A stretch of 64,000 nucleotides of DNA from the human T2T-CHM13v2.0 reference genome, Homo sapiens, in assembly GCA_009914755.4 (NCBI GenBank), contig CP068257.2:39424001-39488000 (forward strand). Reading direction: 5' to 3'. The notes under the pieces were generated by a model, which was not told where the DNA came from, did not search any database, and saw only the letters and a list, made by a program, of their open reading frames with translations. Below are positions 1-14,985 of this stretch, piece by piece. How positions within the stretch are numbered: position 1 is the first letter of the stretch; every line of letters begins with the position of its first letter. The position numbers and the translations under genes were made by a program.

Positions 1-488
1 CACCTTCATCAATGATCTTAGTTAAATCTTCTGTATAATTTGCTGCAGCTTGTCCATCGGTACTTGCTGCTTCACTTTGCACTTTTATGTTATACACGTA
101 GCTTCTTTCCTTAAACCTCATGAACTGACCCCTGCTAGCTTCTAGCTTTTCTTCTGCAGCTTCCTTACCTCTCTCAGCCTTCATAAAACTGAAGAAGTTA
201 GGGCCTTGCTCTGGATTAGGCTTTGACTTAAGGGAATCTTGTGGCTGGTTTGATCTTCTATCTAAACCACTAACAATTTCCCCGTATCATCAATGATGCT
301 CTTTTGCTTTCTTATCACTTGTATGTTCACTGGAGTAGCACTTTTAATTTCCTTCAAGAACGTTTCATTTACATTCACCATTTAGCTATTTGGTGCAAGA
401 GACCTAGCTTTCAGCCTGTCTTGGCTTTTAACATGCCTTCCTCTCTAACCTTAATCATGTCTAGCTTTTTATTTAAAATGAGAGACCT
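1..488 (+). mobile_element. Unclassified interspersed-repeat-like sequence, possibly the upstream part of the Tigger1-like element that resumes after the Alu at 821
   Basis: Contiguous with 807-1272 once the Alu (489-806) and its target-site duplication are removed; family assigned only by weak memory of Tigger1 internal sequence. Confidence 0.25.
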
Positions 489-1272
<784 letters not shown>

Positions 1273-2105
1273 TGTCTCCCTCTCTCTCTCATAATGTGAA
1301 CTCCTTTCTGGTAGGAGCTAGTTCTTCACAACTAAAGCTGGCTCATAATAAGCACTCATTACATGTAAGTTAAATGAAGTAATTTCTCACCTTGATGTTC
1401 CAGTCACAGTGATTGATTGATTATTGAAGGAAGTGACTTCCAAGAGATCATAAATGGGAGAGGTAAACACCAGTGGATTTCCTTGGAAATATGCTGAAAT
1501 CCCACTAAAGACGTCAGCTAACCTGCTATGCTTGCAACTTGCATATGACGAAAACCTCCTTCCAGAAACACCCCAATAGCTTATCTCCATTTCTCACCTT
1601 CCAGCCCACCCTTGTAGCAAATGCTACCTTGCAAAAATGCAGCCTCTGAGGTAAGAACATTGAGCTGGGTAAGATTCCGTCAGTTCAAGATGATGAGCTT
1701 TCCTTAATACGTCCCAAAAGAAATATGAATTCCACTCCTCCTGGGCTTGCTGAACCATAGCAACCTGTCTGGGCTGCCACACGCTCTGCTCAGAAAGGCT
1801 GGAGTGCCAGGTTGGCCGCCCTTCTGCCTGTTCACAGGGAAACGAAGAAGGTTACTCAGAGAATGAGCAGCTGTAAGGTCTCCCTGAGGGGGTAGCATCC
1901 TTGGGCCTGCAGAGAATTTTGCAGCTTTTCTTTATGCATTTTTAATCAATTCTAAGCTACCTACAAATATGTGCAATTACTTTCTGCACTTCGCTTTGTA
2001 ATAAGATTTAATGACTCTGCTACAATCCTCTGAGTGAACATTGATGATCTAACTCTGTGATTTAAAATTTAGCTTTACCAAGGAGGAGGATATAAACTGA
2101 GAGAA

Positions 2106-2170
2106 AGGTTTTTTGAGTTTTTTTCTTCCTTTTCTTTTTCTTTCTTTCTTTCTTTTTTTTTTTTTTTTTT
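2106..2170. repeat. (CTTT)n / poly-T simple repeat
   Basis: TTTTTCTTCCTTTTCTTTTTCTTTCTTTCTTTCTTTTTTTTTTTTTTTT read directly. Confidence 0.9.
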
Positions 2171-3654
2171 AGAAAATCAGAAGTTGGAAATATTTTAGCC
2201 TGCAAAATATCTCTAACACTAGAGAACAGACCATCTCATTTATTTGCCACTGCAACTGATTAAAATATAGGGGAAAAAAAGCCCTGGGCAACATAAGCTC
2301 TCTTTTTCTTTAAAACATTTTACTGATTGTAATAAACAGAGAGGCCTAGAGGCACCGAGAGAGATCGTCTAGTCTATTTGCAAGCATTTACATATGGAAC
2401 ATCCTCCAAGTGCCCTTCACAAAGAGAATTTCTCCCAACTCAATCCTTTGGAGGACTGCCTGTTTCCACCATCCTGGTATATGCTGACCAAGTTGTTCCA
2501 TTACAAATCATCAGATACACAGCTAATATTTACCAAATGCTTGCTCTGTGCCAGCCACTAATCAAAGTGCCATACATCCGTAAGAGCCCCCATGAATGAC
2601 AGACATTGTCCTCCCCATCACAGATGAAGAAATGGAGGCCCAAGTAAGACTGCATGTTCTCTTTGGGAGCATCAGAGAGCTACAATGCCCTCATTTGTTG
2701 AGAAATGGCCCATGGACACACAGGATACTGTGAATGTTGCTGCAAACCCTACAGCTTAACTTTCTATAGACACCTGCTTCCCTGCTACCAACTACCACAG
2801 TATAGAGTCTGGCTCAACTCTCTTCCTGCTTTTCCATGCAAGGACTGGGCCACCAAAGGCACTCAGGAGACTTGGCCATCCTGACCCATCCTTTGGAGTG
2901 ACTTTCCTCTAGCCGGGACTCTAGGAGGTCCTATAGTCTACCTGGGAAAGGGGGAAAAGGAAAAAAAGTCCCAAGGCCCAGTTGTCATCATCAAGTTGCT
3001 CTGCAGTCAGGTAACCAATTTAGGGGCTTGTGTTCTTTATCTAGAAGCTAAGGGGATAAGATAGAGTTCCTTAAAGATCCTCTTTCAGCTCTACTATATG
3101 TGCATTTATTTCACATTTACTGAGCGTCAACAATGTATTGGGAATTAAAGATTGCTAAGGCCTTTTCCAGGCACAAAGAAATACAAAAGTTTCTGAGTGC
3201 AATGGTAACCCTGTGACAAAAGGTTCAGGCTCAGAGCTCTTTCTTAGAGGCGCACTGGAATAAAGCAGTTTCTTGCTTCTCTGTTATACAGTAAAACTTT
3301 CTACTGCCAGAGGCTGCTTCCTCCCCTTCCCACAAGTATTCCTGCTCTAGGACGAAAACTTGGAACTATATCTCAATGAAGGACTAGATTAGTTATGGGA
3401 TCCAAAGTAACTGAAACAAGTAAAATCTGATTGGGTTTATGAGCTGCTGGGCACATAAAAGATTCACCCTTGCTCTGTGGTGCTGTGTGTTGTTCAGCCA
3501 TTGCATGTGATTTACAGCCCATCGGTAACTATTTCAATGATCAGGAACGACTCATAAAGCATGGTGAGAACTACCTATAGTTTCCGAAATGGAAATGCCA
3601 GGGAAATCCCCCTTTCACCCAAGCAGCCAGCATCACAAGGAATCCTGCCTGTTA

Positions 3655-4910
3655 GAAAAGAAAAGGAAATGGGACCAAACTCAGCTGATACCTGCCCATG
3701 GAGGGAGCATTTAAACCAGCCCTAACCAGAGGGAAACCGCCAATCTTAGCAGCCCCAGACTGACTTCCTGCAGACCTCACCAACGACAGCCGAAGTGCCC
3801 TGTGTCTCCAAGTAAACTTGAATGGCAATCTAGGCCATAAGGACTGCAACTCTTAGGTGAGTCCCAGTGCTGAACTAGGCCCGGAGACAGTGGACTGGGG
3901 CAGGGGCACACGACCTACTGAGATTCCAGCTGGGGCATCCAAGGCAGTGCTGGCATCACCACTCCCCTAACCCCAGGCTATATGGCTCACGGCTCCAAAA
4001 GAAACCCCTTCCTTCCACTTGAGAAGAGGAGAGGGAAGTGTGGGCAGGACTTTGTCTTGCATCTTGGATACCAGCTCAATCACAGCAGGATAGGGTGTGG
4101 GTCAGAGCCATGAGGCCCTTGTTCCAGGCCCTAGTGCCTAGATGACATTTCTAGACACACCCTGGGCCAGAAGGGAACCTGCTGCCTTGAAGGAAAGGAT
4201 CCGGTCCTGGCAGCATTTATCACCTGTAACTGAAAAGCCCTCGGGCCCTGAATAACCAACAGTGATACCCAGGAATCACATCCAGGGTCTTGGGTGAGCC
4301 TCTGAGATTTGCTGGCTTCAGGTAAGCCTCAGCACATTACCAGCTGTGGTGGCAATGGGGCAAAACTCCTTCTTCTTGAGAAAAGCAGAAGGAAAAGTAA
4401 AGAGGACTTTGTCTAGCACATTCAGTACCAGCAAGGCCACAGTTGGGTAGAACACCAGGTGGGTTCTTGGGGTCCCTGATTCCAGGAATTGACTCTTAGA
4501 CAGCATTTCTAGACCCTCCCTGGGCTAGAGGGGAGCCCATTTCTCTGAAAGGTGAGTTCTAGGCCAGGCAGAATTCACCACAAGATGACTTAAGAGCCCT
4601 TGGGTCTTAAGGGAACATTGGCAATAGCCTGGCAGTACTCCTTGTGGCCTAGAATTGGCAGTGGCTATGGGCTGAAGCTCCTCTGCCTTTAGAAAAAGGA
4701 AAGAAGAGTGGGAAGGACTGTGTGTTGTCATTTGAATGCCAGCTCAGCCACGGTACAGTAGAACAATCAGTAGACTTCTGAAGTTTTTGGTTCTAGTCCC
4801 TGACTGCTGGATGTCACTTCTGGACCCACCTGGGACCTGGGGGAATCTCACTGCCCTGAAAAGAAGGACAGAGGCCTGGCTGGCTTTGCCACCAAATCTA
4901 AGTGTTATTG
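3655..4910 (+). repeat. Four divergent tandem ~350 bp monomers inside the L1 5'UTR
   Basis: Units starting near 3655, 4020, 4378 and 4690 each open AGAA(A)AG..GAAGGAAA..G.AGGACT.TGTCT.GCA and share blocks such as CATTTCTAGAC.C.CCCTGGGC.AGA.GGGA; estimated 60-70% identity by eye. Confidence 0.6.
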
Positions 4911-5077
4911 GCCTTAAAGAGGAGTTAGAGAAAGAGATAGGGGTAGAAAGTTTATTCAAAGGAATAATGACAAGAACTTCCCAAACCTAGAAAAAGATAT
5001 CTACGTTCAAGTACAAGAAGGTTATAGAACACCAAGAAGATTTAACCCAAAGAAGGCTACCTCAAGATAATTAATCA

Positions 5078-5526
<449 letters not shown>

Positions 5527-5883
5527 TTAAAGTACTGAAGGGAAAAAGAAAACTTTTACCCTAGAATGGTGTATTCAGTGAAAATATACTTCAAACATGA
5601 AGGAGAAATAAAGACTTTCCCAGACAAACAAAAGCTGAAGGATTTCATCAACACCAGACCTGTCCCATAAGAAATGCCAAAGGGAACACTTCAATCAGAA
5701 GGAAAAGGACATTCATGAGCAATAAATAATCACATGAAGGTACAAAACCCACTGGGAATAGTAAATACACAGAAAAACACAGAGTATTATAACACTGTGA
5801 CTGTGTTGTATAAACTGCTCTTATCCTTAGTAGAAAAACTAAACAATGAACCAATCCAAAATTATAACTCCAACAACTTTTCA

Positions 5884-6017
<134 letters not shown>

Positions 6018-6188
6018 TGAAGAAAAGCCCAGGAGGTGGCTTCACTGCTGAATCTACCAAACATTTAAGAAGAACTAATACCAAACCTGCTCAAACTATT
6101 CTGAAAAACAGAGAAGGAGGGAATACTTTCAAACTTATTCTATAAGGTCAGTATTACCCTGTTACCAAAACCAGAAAATGACACATGA

Positions 6189-6192
6189 AGGA

Positions 6193-6252
<60 letters not shown>

Positions 6253-6315
6253 GAAAGAGAAAGAAAGAGAGAGACAGAAAGAAAGAAAGAAAAAAGAAAG
6301 AAAGAAACAAAGAAA

Positions 6316-6371
<56 letters not shown>

Positions 6372-6380
6372 GAAGAAAAA
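6189..6380. repeat. (GAAA)n microsatellite, ~190 bp, interrupted mid-array
   Basis: Long runs of GAAAGAAAGAAA with GAGA/GACA interruptions; explains the K/E/R-rich and F/L/S-rich ORFs 6154-6512. Confidence 0.95.
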
Positions 6381-7061
6381 GAAAACTACAGGCCAATATC
6401 TCTGATGAATACTGATGCAAAAATCCTCAACAAAATACCAGCAAACTGAATTCACCATTACATTAGAAAGATCATTCATCATGACCAAGTGGGATTTATC
6501 CCTGGGATTCAAGGATGGTTCAACATATGCAAATCAATCAATGTGATACATCACATCACAGAATAGAAGATAAAAATCATATGATCATTTCAACTGATGC
6601 TGAAAAAGCATTTGATAAAATTAAACGTCTTTTCATGATAAAAACCCTCAAAAAACTGGGAGTAGAAGGAACATACCTCAACACAAAAAAGCTATATTTG
6701 ACAGACCCATAGCTAGTATTATATTGAATAGGGGAAAACTGCAATTCTTTTCTCTAAGATCTGTAGCATGACAAGGATGCCTACTGTCACCACTGCTATT
6801 CAACATAGTACTGGAAGTCCTAGCTAGAGCAGTCAGACAAGAGGAAGACATAATAGGCATCCAAATTGGAAAGAAATAAGCCAAATTATCTTTGTTTGCA
6901 GAAAATATGACCTTATATTTGGAAAAACCTAAAGATTCCACAAGAAAACTATTAAAACTGATAAATAAATTCAATAAAGTTTCAGGATACAAAATCAACA
7001 TACAAAAATCAGTAGCATGTTTATATGCCAACAATGAAAAATCTGAAAAAGAAATTTTTTC

Positions 7062-7192
7062 AGCTGAGGTGGGAGGATCGCTAGAGCCTAGGAGGTCAAG
7101 GCTGCAGTAAGCCATGATCACACCACTGCACTCTACCCTGGCATTGATGTAGTGAAACCCTGGGTGACAGTGAGACCGTGTCTCAAAAAATA
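7062..7192 (+). mobile_element. Alu right-arm fragment
   Basis: CAGCTGAGGTGGGAGGATCGCTAGAGCCTAGGAGGTCAAGGCTGCAGTAAGCCATGATCACACCACTGCACTCTACCCTGG...GTCTCAAAAAATAAAAG. Confidence 0.8.
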
Positions 7193-7204
7193 AAAGTATA
7201 TCAC

Positions 7205-7305
7205 ATTGCTTCTTTCTCCTCTTCCTTCTCTCCCTCTCTCTCCTTCTTCATCTCTTTCTTTTCTCCTCCGTCTTCCTTCTTATTTTTCTTCTTCATTTCC
7301 TTCTT
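7205..7305. repeat. Polypyrimidine (CT-rich) low-complexity tract
   Basis: TTGCTTCTTTCTCCTCTTCCTTCTCTCCCTCTCTCTCCTTCTTCATCTCTTTC... about 100 bp of C/T. Confidence 0.85.
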
Positions 7306-7756
7306 CTCTACCAGCAGCAGCACCAGCATATCTAACATACAATGAGCCTTTCCTATATGCCAGGCACTGTGTCCAAAGCTTTACACATATTAACTCATTT
7401 AATTTTCATAACCACCCATTTAATGAGTGGGAAGACTGAGGCATATGACAGAACTGTCCTGCAAACTATACTGGCCATTGCACTGTGTTTGTGTATTTAC
7501 TAATTGATTGGCACTTAAGGCTGTATCAATAGCTATATCAATGTCAGGGGAGGGGGAATTATAACTGGGCAAACAGACCCCTAGTTTGCAGACAGCTTCC
7601 TGATATGGGATAGACATGGAAGAGCCATTCAAACAGGCCATGCTCCTGGTCCCAAGTGCACCACCAGGGGTCAGGATGTACACTTTAGGCCTAAAAGGGA
7701 AAGCTATATGCTGATCATTGCTGTTTCCCGTGAACCCATTTTGATTATGGGAAGTA

Positions 7757-8160
7757 CAGTATATTAGTCCATTATTGCACTGCTATAAAGACCTGAGGTT
7801 GGGTAATTTATAAAGAGAAGAAATTTAATTGGCTCACGGTTCTGCAGGCTGTACAGGAAGCATAGAAGCTTCTGGGGAGGCCTCAGGAAACTTGAAATCA
7901 TGGGGGAAGGTGAAGGGAAGCAGGCACATCTTACATGGCCAGAGCAGAAGGAAGGTGGTGGGGGAGGCGTCATACACTTTTAAACAATCTGATGTCGAGA
8001 ACTCACTCACTATACAGTACCAAAGGGAGATGGTGCTAAACCATTCATGACACCTTCACCCCATGATCCAATCACCTCTCCCTGGACCTGACCTCTACCA
8101 CTGGGGATTACAATTCGACTTGAGATTTGGGTGGAGACACAGACCCAAACCATAGCATAT
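7757..8160 (-). mobile_element. THE1/MST-type MaLR solitary LTR
   Basis: Reverse complement of the THE1 consensus: ATATTAGTCCATTATTGCACTGCTATAAAGACCTGAGGTTGGGTAATTTATAAAG...GGAGGCCTCAGGAAACTTGAAATCATGG...GGGGATTACAATTCGACTTGAGATTTGGGTGGAGACACAGACCCAAACCATAGCA. Confidence 0.8.
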
Positions 8161-11100
8161 GGACAAGGTGTACAAAGCAGCAAGTCATGCAAATTGCAGC
8201 TGGAATAGACATCCTCCTGTTTGCTCCATCCAGGCAGTACCCTGGGGCCCCAGGCCTGTCCTTTCTCTTGGTGGATCAGCATATTTCTCCATGCATACCC
8301 TCCTTACCACCAGTTCAGCACTAACATCCTTGAGGGTATAGGCCATAGTACCCATGGCCCCGATACAATGATGATCACACGGGACCCTGTGGAAAGAGAA
8401 ACGACGAGAATACAAGCAGCAGAGCCTGGATGCTGATGGGCACCAAAGAGGGCGACACCCTCAGGCAGCTCTGCTGAGCCCGCCCCCACCCAGTGCAAAA
8501 CAGGTGACTGGTCTGCACTCCGTGATTTATAAGGTACTTTCATGCTTTGCAAGCTGGGGTCCTTGTTCATTACTTGTAAGTATCTACATCTATTTTCTTT
8601 GGGCCACTTTCTTTTCTGTCATGTATCTGTGAAAGTTTCTGTTCTCTCTCTCTCTCTTCATGTAAAATCATTCTGCCTGTCTTCTGTGAAACTTCTGTGA
8701 TGCACGTAGCTCATTGACCCAAGGAGATGCATCTTCTCAGAGAGGGAGGCATGAATATTTCTAATAGATAAATGTCCTAATAGAGAAAGTTGGCCATTAC
8801 ATCTGCCCTATAGGGGTAGAAAAAAAGCTTCATGCAGGTGGTGACTTTTGCTATGAACCTTAAAGTAGGAAATAGGAAAATAGCTGGAGTATGGAGAAAT
8901 ACTTGGACAGTAAAAAGAGAAAAGGAAGCTAAACAGAACACAAGGGGATAGGTCTGATTGAAGACAAATACAGCATGTGGAACTTCACAATCAGGTGTGT
9001 GAGGCCCAGGAAATCAAATGGAGAAGGTATAAGACAAACTACCCGACTCCAAACATCTCTACCCCATTTGTAAGGGCAGCAGATGAGAATATAGACAGAA
9101 ATTTTCCATCTGTGTGTTTCCAAAAATTACATGTGGTGGAAGCAGTAAATAATCATATCCACAAAATATGTGGGTTTGTGACCGACTGAAAAGTTGTTCA
9201 CATCTCACCAGTCCTCTATTTAGTAGAGTCAAAAATCCTTTAAATCTCTACCATGAGACTCTACAGAAAGGAAAACGGTGATGAAGTTGAACTTCACACA
9301 AAATTAAAAAAAAAAATTCTGCCCCTATAGTGAGGCCATTGAACAATGCTAATTGTGCAAGCTTTAGCTCCAGGTTTGCTTTCAAAGATGTGGGGAGAGG
9401 GAGGAGCAGCTGGAAGGAGCCAGAGGGGGAGGGAGGAAGGAAAAATCAGGTCTCAGTGTGAGCATGGGAACGCAATGCACCTCTCAGAAATAATTCCTAA
9501 ATCATCTCATGCTCCTAGAAAGGAACAAACAACTACTTTTAATCACATGTTTCTAAAAGAGAAATACCAGCATTTACAAAATTCAAAAAACTCTGAGGAT
9601 GCAAAACTGTGGCCAGTTATGCCGCAGCACGGAGTGAGTGACAATGACCAGCCACCTTGAAAAGGGATGTTATAATTGAGCCACTGACAGAGCCCTAACT
9701 GGGGCAGCGCCGCTGGGTGCCTCTAGAACATGGTGCATTTTAATTGCCGATGCTGGCATTTATTTGATGTCTTTGGCTGGTTCAGAGTCCTTTTATAACA
9801 ATCCTATTTGACCACAAATCAGGTACAAATAAAAAAGTCAGCCACAATGTCCTCACTCCTAAAGGCAGCTGTATTATTTTACAGGTATTCAATATTTAAA
9901 TGTTAATGAAGGTGGGACTAGGATGGAATACGGACAGAAGGGAAGTGAGAAGAATTGAACTTGTTTTGAAATAAGCAGGTGGACTGGAAGGAGGGGAGGC
10001 TCAGGGAGACAGAAAGAGGACAGGGGAGACCTGCATGTGGATGAATGGACGCTTCTCTATTAGCCTTGGCTGTGGGCCAGCAGGCAGAGGGACAAAATGG
10101 CTTCAGGTGTACAGCAAGCAGGGTGCAAGCCTGGGTGCCGAGTTCCTGCCTGAAATCACCACGCTGTGCTTACCGACTGCAATCTCTTACTGCATCCTAA
10201 AGCAGCCTGTTCAGCTCTCCGTGGAGGCCCCGTGCTTTGCTACATGATGTATGTCATTCTCCGTGGCAGATGTAGGGAGGGAGCCACACTTCTCTCCCAC
10301 CTGCTGGCGGTTTCCCGAAATGCAGGGCACACCCGGCCATTCAGAGGGCTTTGCTGATCCCCCAAATTCCATTTTCCCACCTCTCATTTGGAAATCAAAG
10401 TGTGGTTCAGGAACAACTCCAAGTTTAGCTAATCAGTTCCTATCAGTCACTTCTTCGTTAAAATGTATCTATATGTATCTCTACTTGTAGTTCTAGGGTG
10501 TACATAAGAACAGAGTGTGCTGGAGTGGATGGATGGTAAATATTTGCTGATGTCGACTCTGCAGGGATTTTGAATAAGATCTTTCACCAACTCCAGAAAT
10601 AACTACGCTTTCTCGTGAAACACAACCGAATGAGGCCAACTACTCTTTGGACAGGGGAAGTGTTTTGGTGTGTGTACAAAAATCTCATTGTTTTCAAACA
10701 CCGAGCGTGTTCTTTTCACTTGAGGGATGTCAGGCAAAGACCACAACACTGACCTTTCAGGTTAGCAGCTGTGCCTTCTAGAATACTCATGAGATAGGAG
10801 GGCTGGGAGGATGTGGAAAGGAGACAAGAACGGGCCACCTGTACCTTCTCAGACTGACCACTGGACTGCAGACCAGACAAATTAGGCTCTGAGTCCTACC
10901 TGATCAAACTATTAACTTCACCAATCTTGTTTCCTGTACCTTGAGTAATACGTAGAGGGAATTAACTCTTCTAAGGGGGATGAATGCCACTGAGGTGCCA
11001 GACAGGGGCGACAGGAGAGGGTTGACTGGCTTGGATCCATCAGCCAACAACTCCTTCAATCTAGAGTACTTAAAGAGGCAAATAAAATTGATAGAATAGG

Positions 11101-12030
11101 AAATTATAAGACAATAACCACAATCATCATGATACTGTAACATAAGAGAAAAATAAATTGTCTACAGAGATCCAGGAGAGGAAAGGTTGGGTAAGAAACA
11201 AGCATCCTCAATAAATGCAAAGGCTCTTTGTAAATCAGCAGCTGTCAGCCCTCATCAGAGGCAGTAAAATGTTGGTGTCCTAAGGAAGTAGTAGCATTCA
11301 AGATGCAGGATGTCAAACATTCCCCTCTGTGGAAAACCCTGAGACCCACAGTGGCCTGGGGTGCAGTGTCCACGGTGGTTCTTAAAGTTTAGCCAGCCGC
11401 TGGACCAGCAGCAGTGACCTCACCTGGGAATTTGTTTAAAAAGTAGATTCTCAGGCATGCACAGCCCCGCTGAATGAGAAGCTCTGGGGCAGGGCAGCCA
11501 CCTGTGCCATAGCAAGACCCACAGGTGATCCGTATGCACACGTGAGTCCGGGTATAAACCTCTGCTCCTAGCTGCCAGGTTAACCAGCCTGTCCTGGACA
11601 AAGGCTTGAGGCTCACAAGACAAAGACAGCACTTTTGCAGTCTGTTTTTTCTGAGGGCAGGTGTCTGCATTGCACGGAGGGCGAGGTTCTTGTGTGCACG
11701 CCCAGGCTGGTGGGACTGGAACCCCTGGACCACACCTTTGCCACCGGGTACAAGTCATCAGTACTAACCCCATGGAATGTGTGTGCCCCAGCCACTTCCA
11801 TATGCTCCACATGCTGTCACTCATTTTATTCTTGCCACAGCCCAGTGAAGGAGGCTGTTACTGTTACCTCCATTTTATCAATGAGAAAACTGACATGCCA
11901 TTGTCACACAGCTACTTATCCCTGGGAGAAGGAATCCAATCAGGGCACAGCACTGCCCAGCCTCCCAAGATGAGTCTGTTATTGGCTCACGTGTGCCCAC
12001 CTAAGGGCAAGAACTGTTTCTTCCATGTCT

Positions 12031-12092
12031 GTTTTTTTTGTTGCTGTTGTTTGTTTGTTTTGTTTTGTTTTGCTTTGCTTTGTTTTGTTTCA
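12031..12092. repeat. (GTTT)n-like simple repeat
   Basis: TGTTTTTTTTGTTGCTGTTGTTTGTTTGTTTTGTTTTGTTTTGCTTTGCTTTGTTTTGTTTC. Confidence 0.85.
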
Positions 12093-14004
12093 TGCCCAGA
12101 ACATCACTGGCAGCCAGCAAAAGGTTAATGAATAAATGAATGAAAACTTACATATCATGAGTTTATTGTTTTTCAACCTATGGGCAGATGAAACCCTATT
12201 GTGAATAGTCTTGGGTCCATATTGTTCCATAAGCTAAAAAAGAATTCTTCATGTGTTTATACGATTTTTGAAAGATATATACGAATCATTGTGATGAGTT
12301 TTAAGAGGTTGCTGAGTTCACCGTTATTTTCTGTGTCATTTCTATGTTTACCGCCTCAGATCCTGAAAGAACAAAAACTATCAGGTGAGGCACCATGACA
12401 TTTTGTCACATTAAAAAAGATTCGTAATGTTGGATCATGAATCAGAGAAGGAAAAGGAGAGAAAAAGCTGGAGAGGCAGAAGGGATTTGAGAAAGAGGGT
12501 GCAGAGAACCAACCTTTGAAGCAAAAGCCATAATGAGAACTTTGCTCCTGCCCCTAACATGACATCTCACTTCCTATGTTTCACCCCAGCAGGGCTCACA
12601 TAAGAGAATTTTAATTTGATTCATTTAAGGACCACTATCCTGATTGGTCAAAGCAGAATTTGAACTTGAATTGTACTAGAATTGTTTGAGAACCACATTC
12701 CTTGTTTAAAATGATCAGACTTTACTCGAGACTTTTTTGGATGTAATTAATGAATCAGCAAGAATGGAAGCCAGCATAAGCTACCACAGAGAAATCAGGC
12801 AGAAGCAGGAATGCAATTTGCTTCCTGCATTACCAGCAATAAACAATCCTTTATATCATAATGTAAGATCTAAAAATAGCTCACTTTAAATTTTGAGCCC
12901 TTGTACATAATGAAAGGAGGCTGTGCATAAAAGCCAGTTATTCATTTATTCTGTACATTAGAGGCTTCAACAGTAAGAGCCCAATTAACAAAAAAGACCA
13001 GTGGGAAATTATGCATAATATTTTTTGTTTATTACAAAGAGACTTTATTTTCATATCTCACTGCAAGGAAATTATGTGTGCGACTTGCATAACTCACACA
13101 TGGCAGTATTCCCTCTGAATTTAGAGTTTTCAAAAATGACCATGTAGAAAGAATTGAGGTGGGAAAATGGTGATTTTAGAAAGACAGTACCACTGTGTCA
13201 TCAGCAGTGTGAACAGCATTTCCCGTGGCTGTGGCCACTGGTAAGGCCCATAGGCTTGGACAGAGGGGCTATTGTCCTAGCTGTGTCTTCAAAGAAGCTC
13301 CAGCATCAGGACTCAGGAATTCTTAGTGTAAATCCTGCTTTAGAAGGGGCCATTTTTCCATAGACTGTCTCATCCATTCCGAGCATGTGACACAAATGAC
13401 CTCTAATCTTCTTCCATCACGACATCGTACAGATAAAGAAACAGAAGATGAGTGGATTGTGGAGCTAGAGTGCTTGCACTGATTTGTTATGACAACCTTG
13501 AGGCCCAAAGTCCTCTTCTGCTGAATGAGATGGGATAAAAAGATTATCTTTAAGGTACCTGAAGCTTTGCTGCTGTATGACCACTAATTCTCAAGGGAAC
13601 TGGGGACATTCCCAGGATGTCGAGTAACAAAGAAGAAATAACAGCGGTCACATTTGCTCCTCATTCGAGATTCTAGTTGAATTGTTCTTCCTAACTTCCC
13701 ATGTCCATGACATAGGATAATTTGTGATGTTGCTGAGACCTGTTTTGATGCCAGGTAGGAAGCTGGCATGTTGGAGCAAATCATTTGCCTGAGAATAAGC
13801 CTGCTGACCAACCCATATCCCCATTCACAAAAGCCCAGCTGATTCTCTTCTCCACAACACTTATGAGCAGCTCTTGTGAACTGATTAAACTTTTCCTCTT
13901 CCTAGAGTAATAAATGACCCAAAAAGCGAGCCACTGGCTAGTGCTAGGTCCTGAACTAAAGAGAAAGAGAGGCAGCCTCAGGAAGCAATAGTTCTTTTTC
14001 AAAA

Positions 14005-14825
14005 AAAAAAAAATTATTTCAATAGCTTTTGGAGTACAAGTAGTTTTTTGCTACATGGATGAATTTTATAGTCGTGAATTCTAAGCTTTCAGAGCACCCC
14101 TCACCCAAGTCGTGTACATTGTACCTAATGTGTAGTTTGTTATCCCTGCATCCCCCTCCCACCCTCTCCTTTCTGAGCCTCTGAAGTCCATGATATCATT
14201 CTGCATGCCTTTGCATATGCATGGCTTAGCTCCCACTTATAAGTGAGAACTTACAGCTTTTGGTTTTCCACTCCTGTGTCACTTCACTTAGAATAATTGC
14301 CTCTAGCTCCATTCAAGTTGCTCTAAGAGGCATTATTTCCTTCCTTTTAATGACTGAGTAATATTCCATGGTGTATATATACTACATTTTCTTCATTCAC
14401 TCATTAGTCAATGGATACTTGGGTTGGTTCCACATCTTTGCGATTGTGAATTGTGCTGTGATGAACATATGTGTGCAAGAGTCTTTTTCATATCATCACT
14501 TATTTTCCTTTGAGTAGACACCCAGCGGTGGGATTGCTGGATTAAAGGGTAGATCTACTTTTAGCTGTTTAAGGAATCTCCATACTGTTTTCCATAAAGG
14601 TTGTACTAATTTACATTCCCAGCAGTGTGTGAGCATCCTCTTTTCCCAAAATCGATGCCAACATCTATTGGGTTTTTTTTTGACTTTTTAATAATGGCCA
14701 TACTTGCAGAAATAAGGTGGTGGTATCTCACTGTCATTTTAATTTGCATTTCCCTGGTGATTAGTGACACTGCACATTTTTTTCATAGTTTTTGTCCCTG
14801 GGTGCAAGTGCAGTATGTACTGAAG
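14005..14825 (-). mobile_element. L1 3'-end fragment (older primate subfamily), reverse orientation
   Basis: Reverse complement of the L1 3' ORF2/3'UTR: ...CTCCCACTTATAAGTGAGAAC...TGACTGAGTAATATTCCATGGTGTATATATACTACATTTTCTTCATTCACTCATTAG...GGTTGGTTCCACATCTTTGCGATTGTGAATTGTGCTGTGATGAACAT...CCAGCGGTGGGATTGCTGGATTAAAGGGTAGATCTACTTTTAGCTGTTTAAGGAATCTCCATACTGTTTTCCATAAAGGTTGTACTAATTTACATTCCCAGCAGTGTGTGAGCATCC. Confidence 0.8.
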
Positions 14826-14827
14826 AG

Positions 14828-14985
14828 CAAGGTAGGGCCAGGCACGGTCACTCATGCCTGTAGTCCCAGGGCTTTGGAGGCTGAGGCAGGAGGATTGCTT
14901 GAGCCCAAGAGTTCAAGGCGGCAGTGAGCTATGATCGTACCACTACACTTGAGCCTGGGCAACAGAATGAGACTCTGTCTGTTAA
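14828..14985 (+). mobile_element. Partial or internally deleted Alu
   Basis: GGCCAGGCACGGTCACTCATGCCTGTAGTCCCAGGGCTTTGGAGGCTGAGGCAGGAGGATTGCTTGAGCCCAAGAGTTCAAGGCGGCAGTGAGCTATGATCGTACCACTACACTTGAGCCTGGGCAACAGAATGAGACTCTGTC. Confidence 0.8.

Noticed and set aside
6189-6380. Regularly spaced short repeats as a possible CRISPR array
   Set aside because: The units are 4 bp microsatellite repeats with no spacers, and the sequence is primate. No CRISPR repeat-spacer architecture exists anywhere in the window.
6154-6512. Lys/Glu/Arg-rich (plus strand) and Phe/Leu/Ser-rich (minus strand) 'proteins' of 75-116 aa
   Set aside because: Pure translation of the (GAAA)n / (TTTC)n microsatellite. The same artefact produces ORFs 50470-50823 and 50547-50735 from the (AAAG)n, and 55588-55985 from the (GGAA)n.
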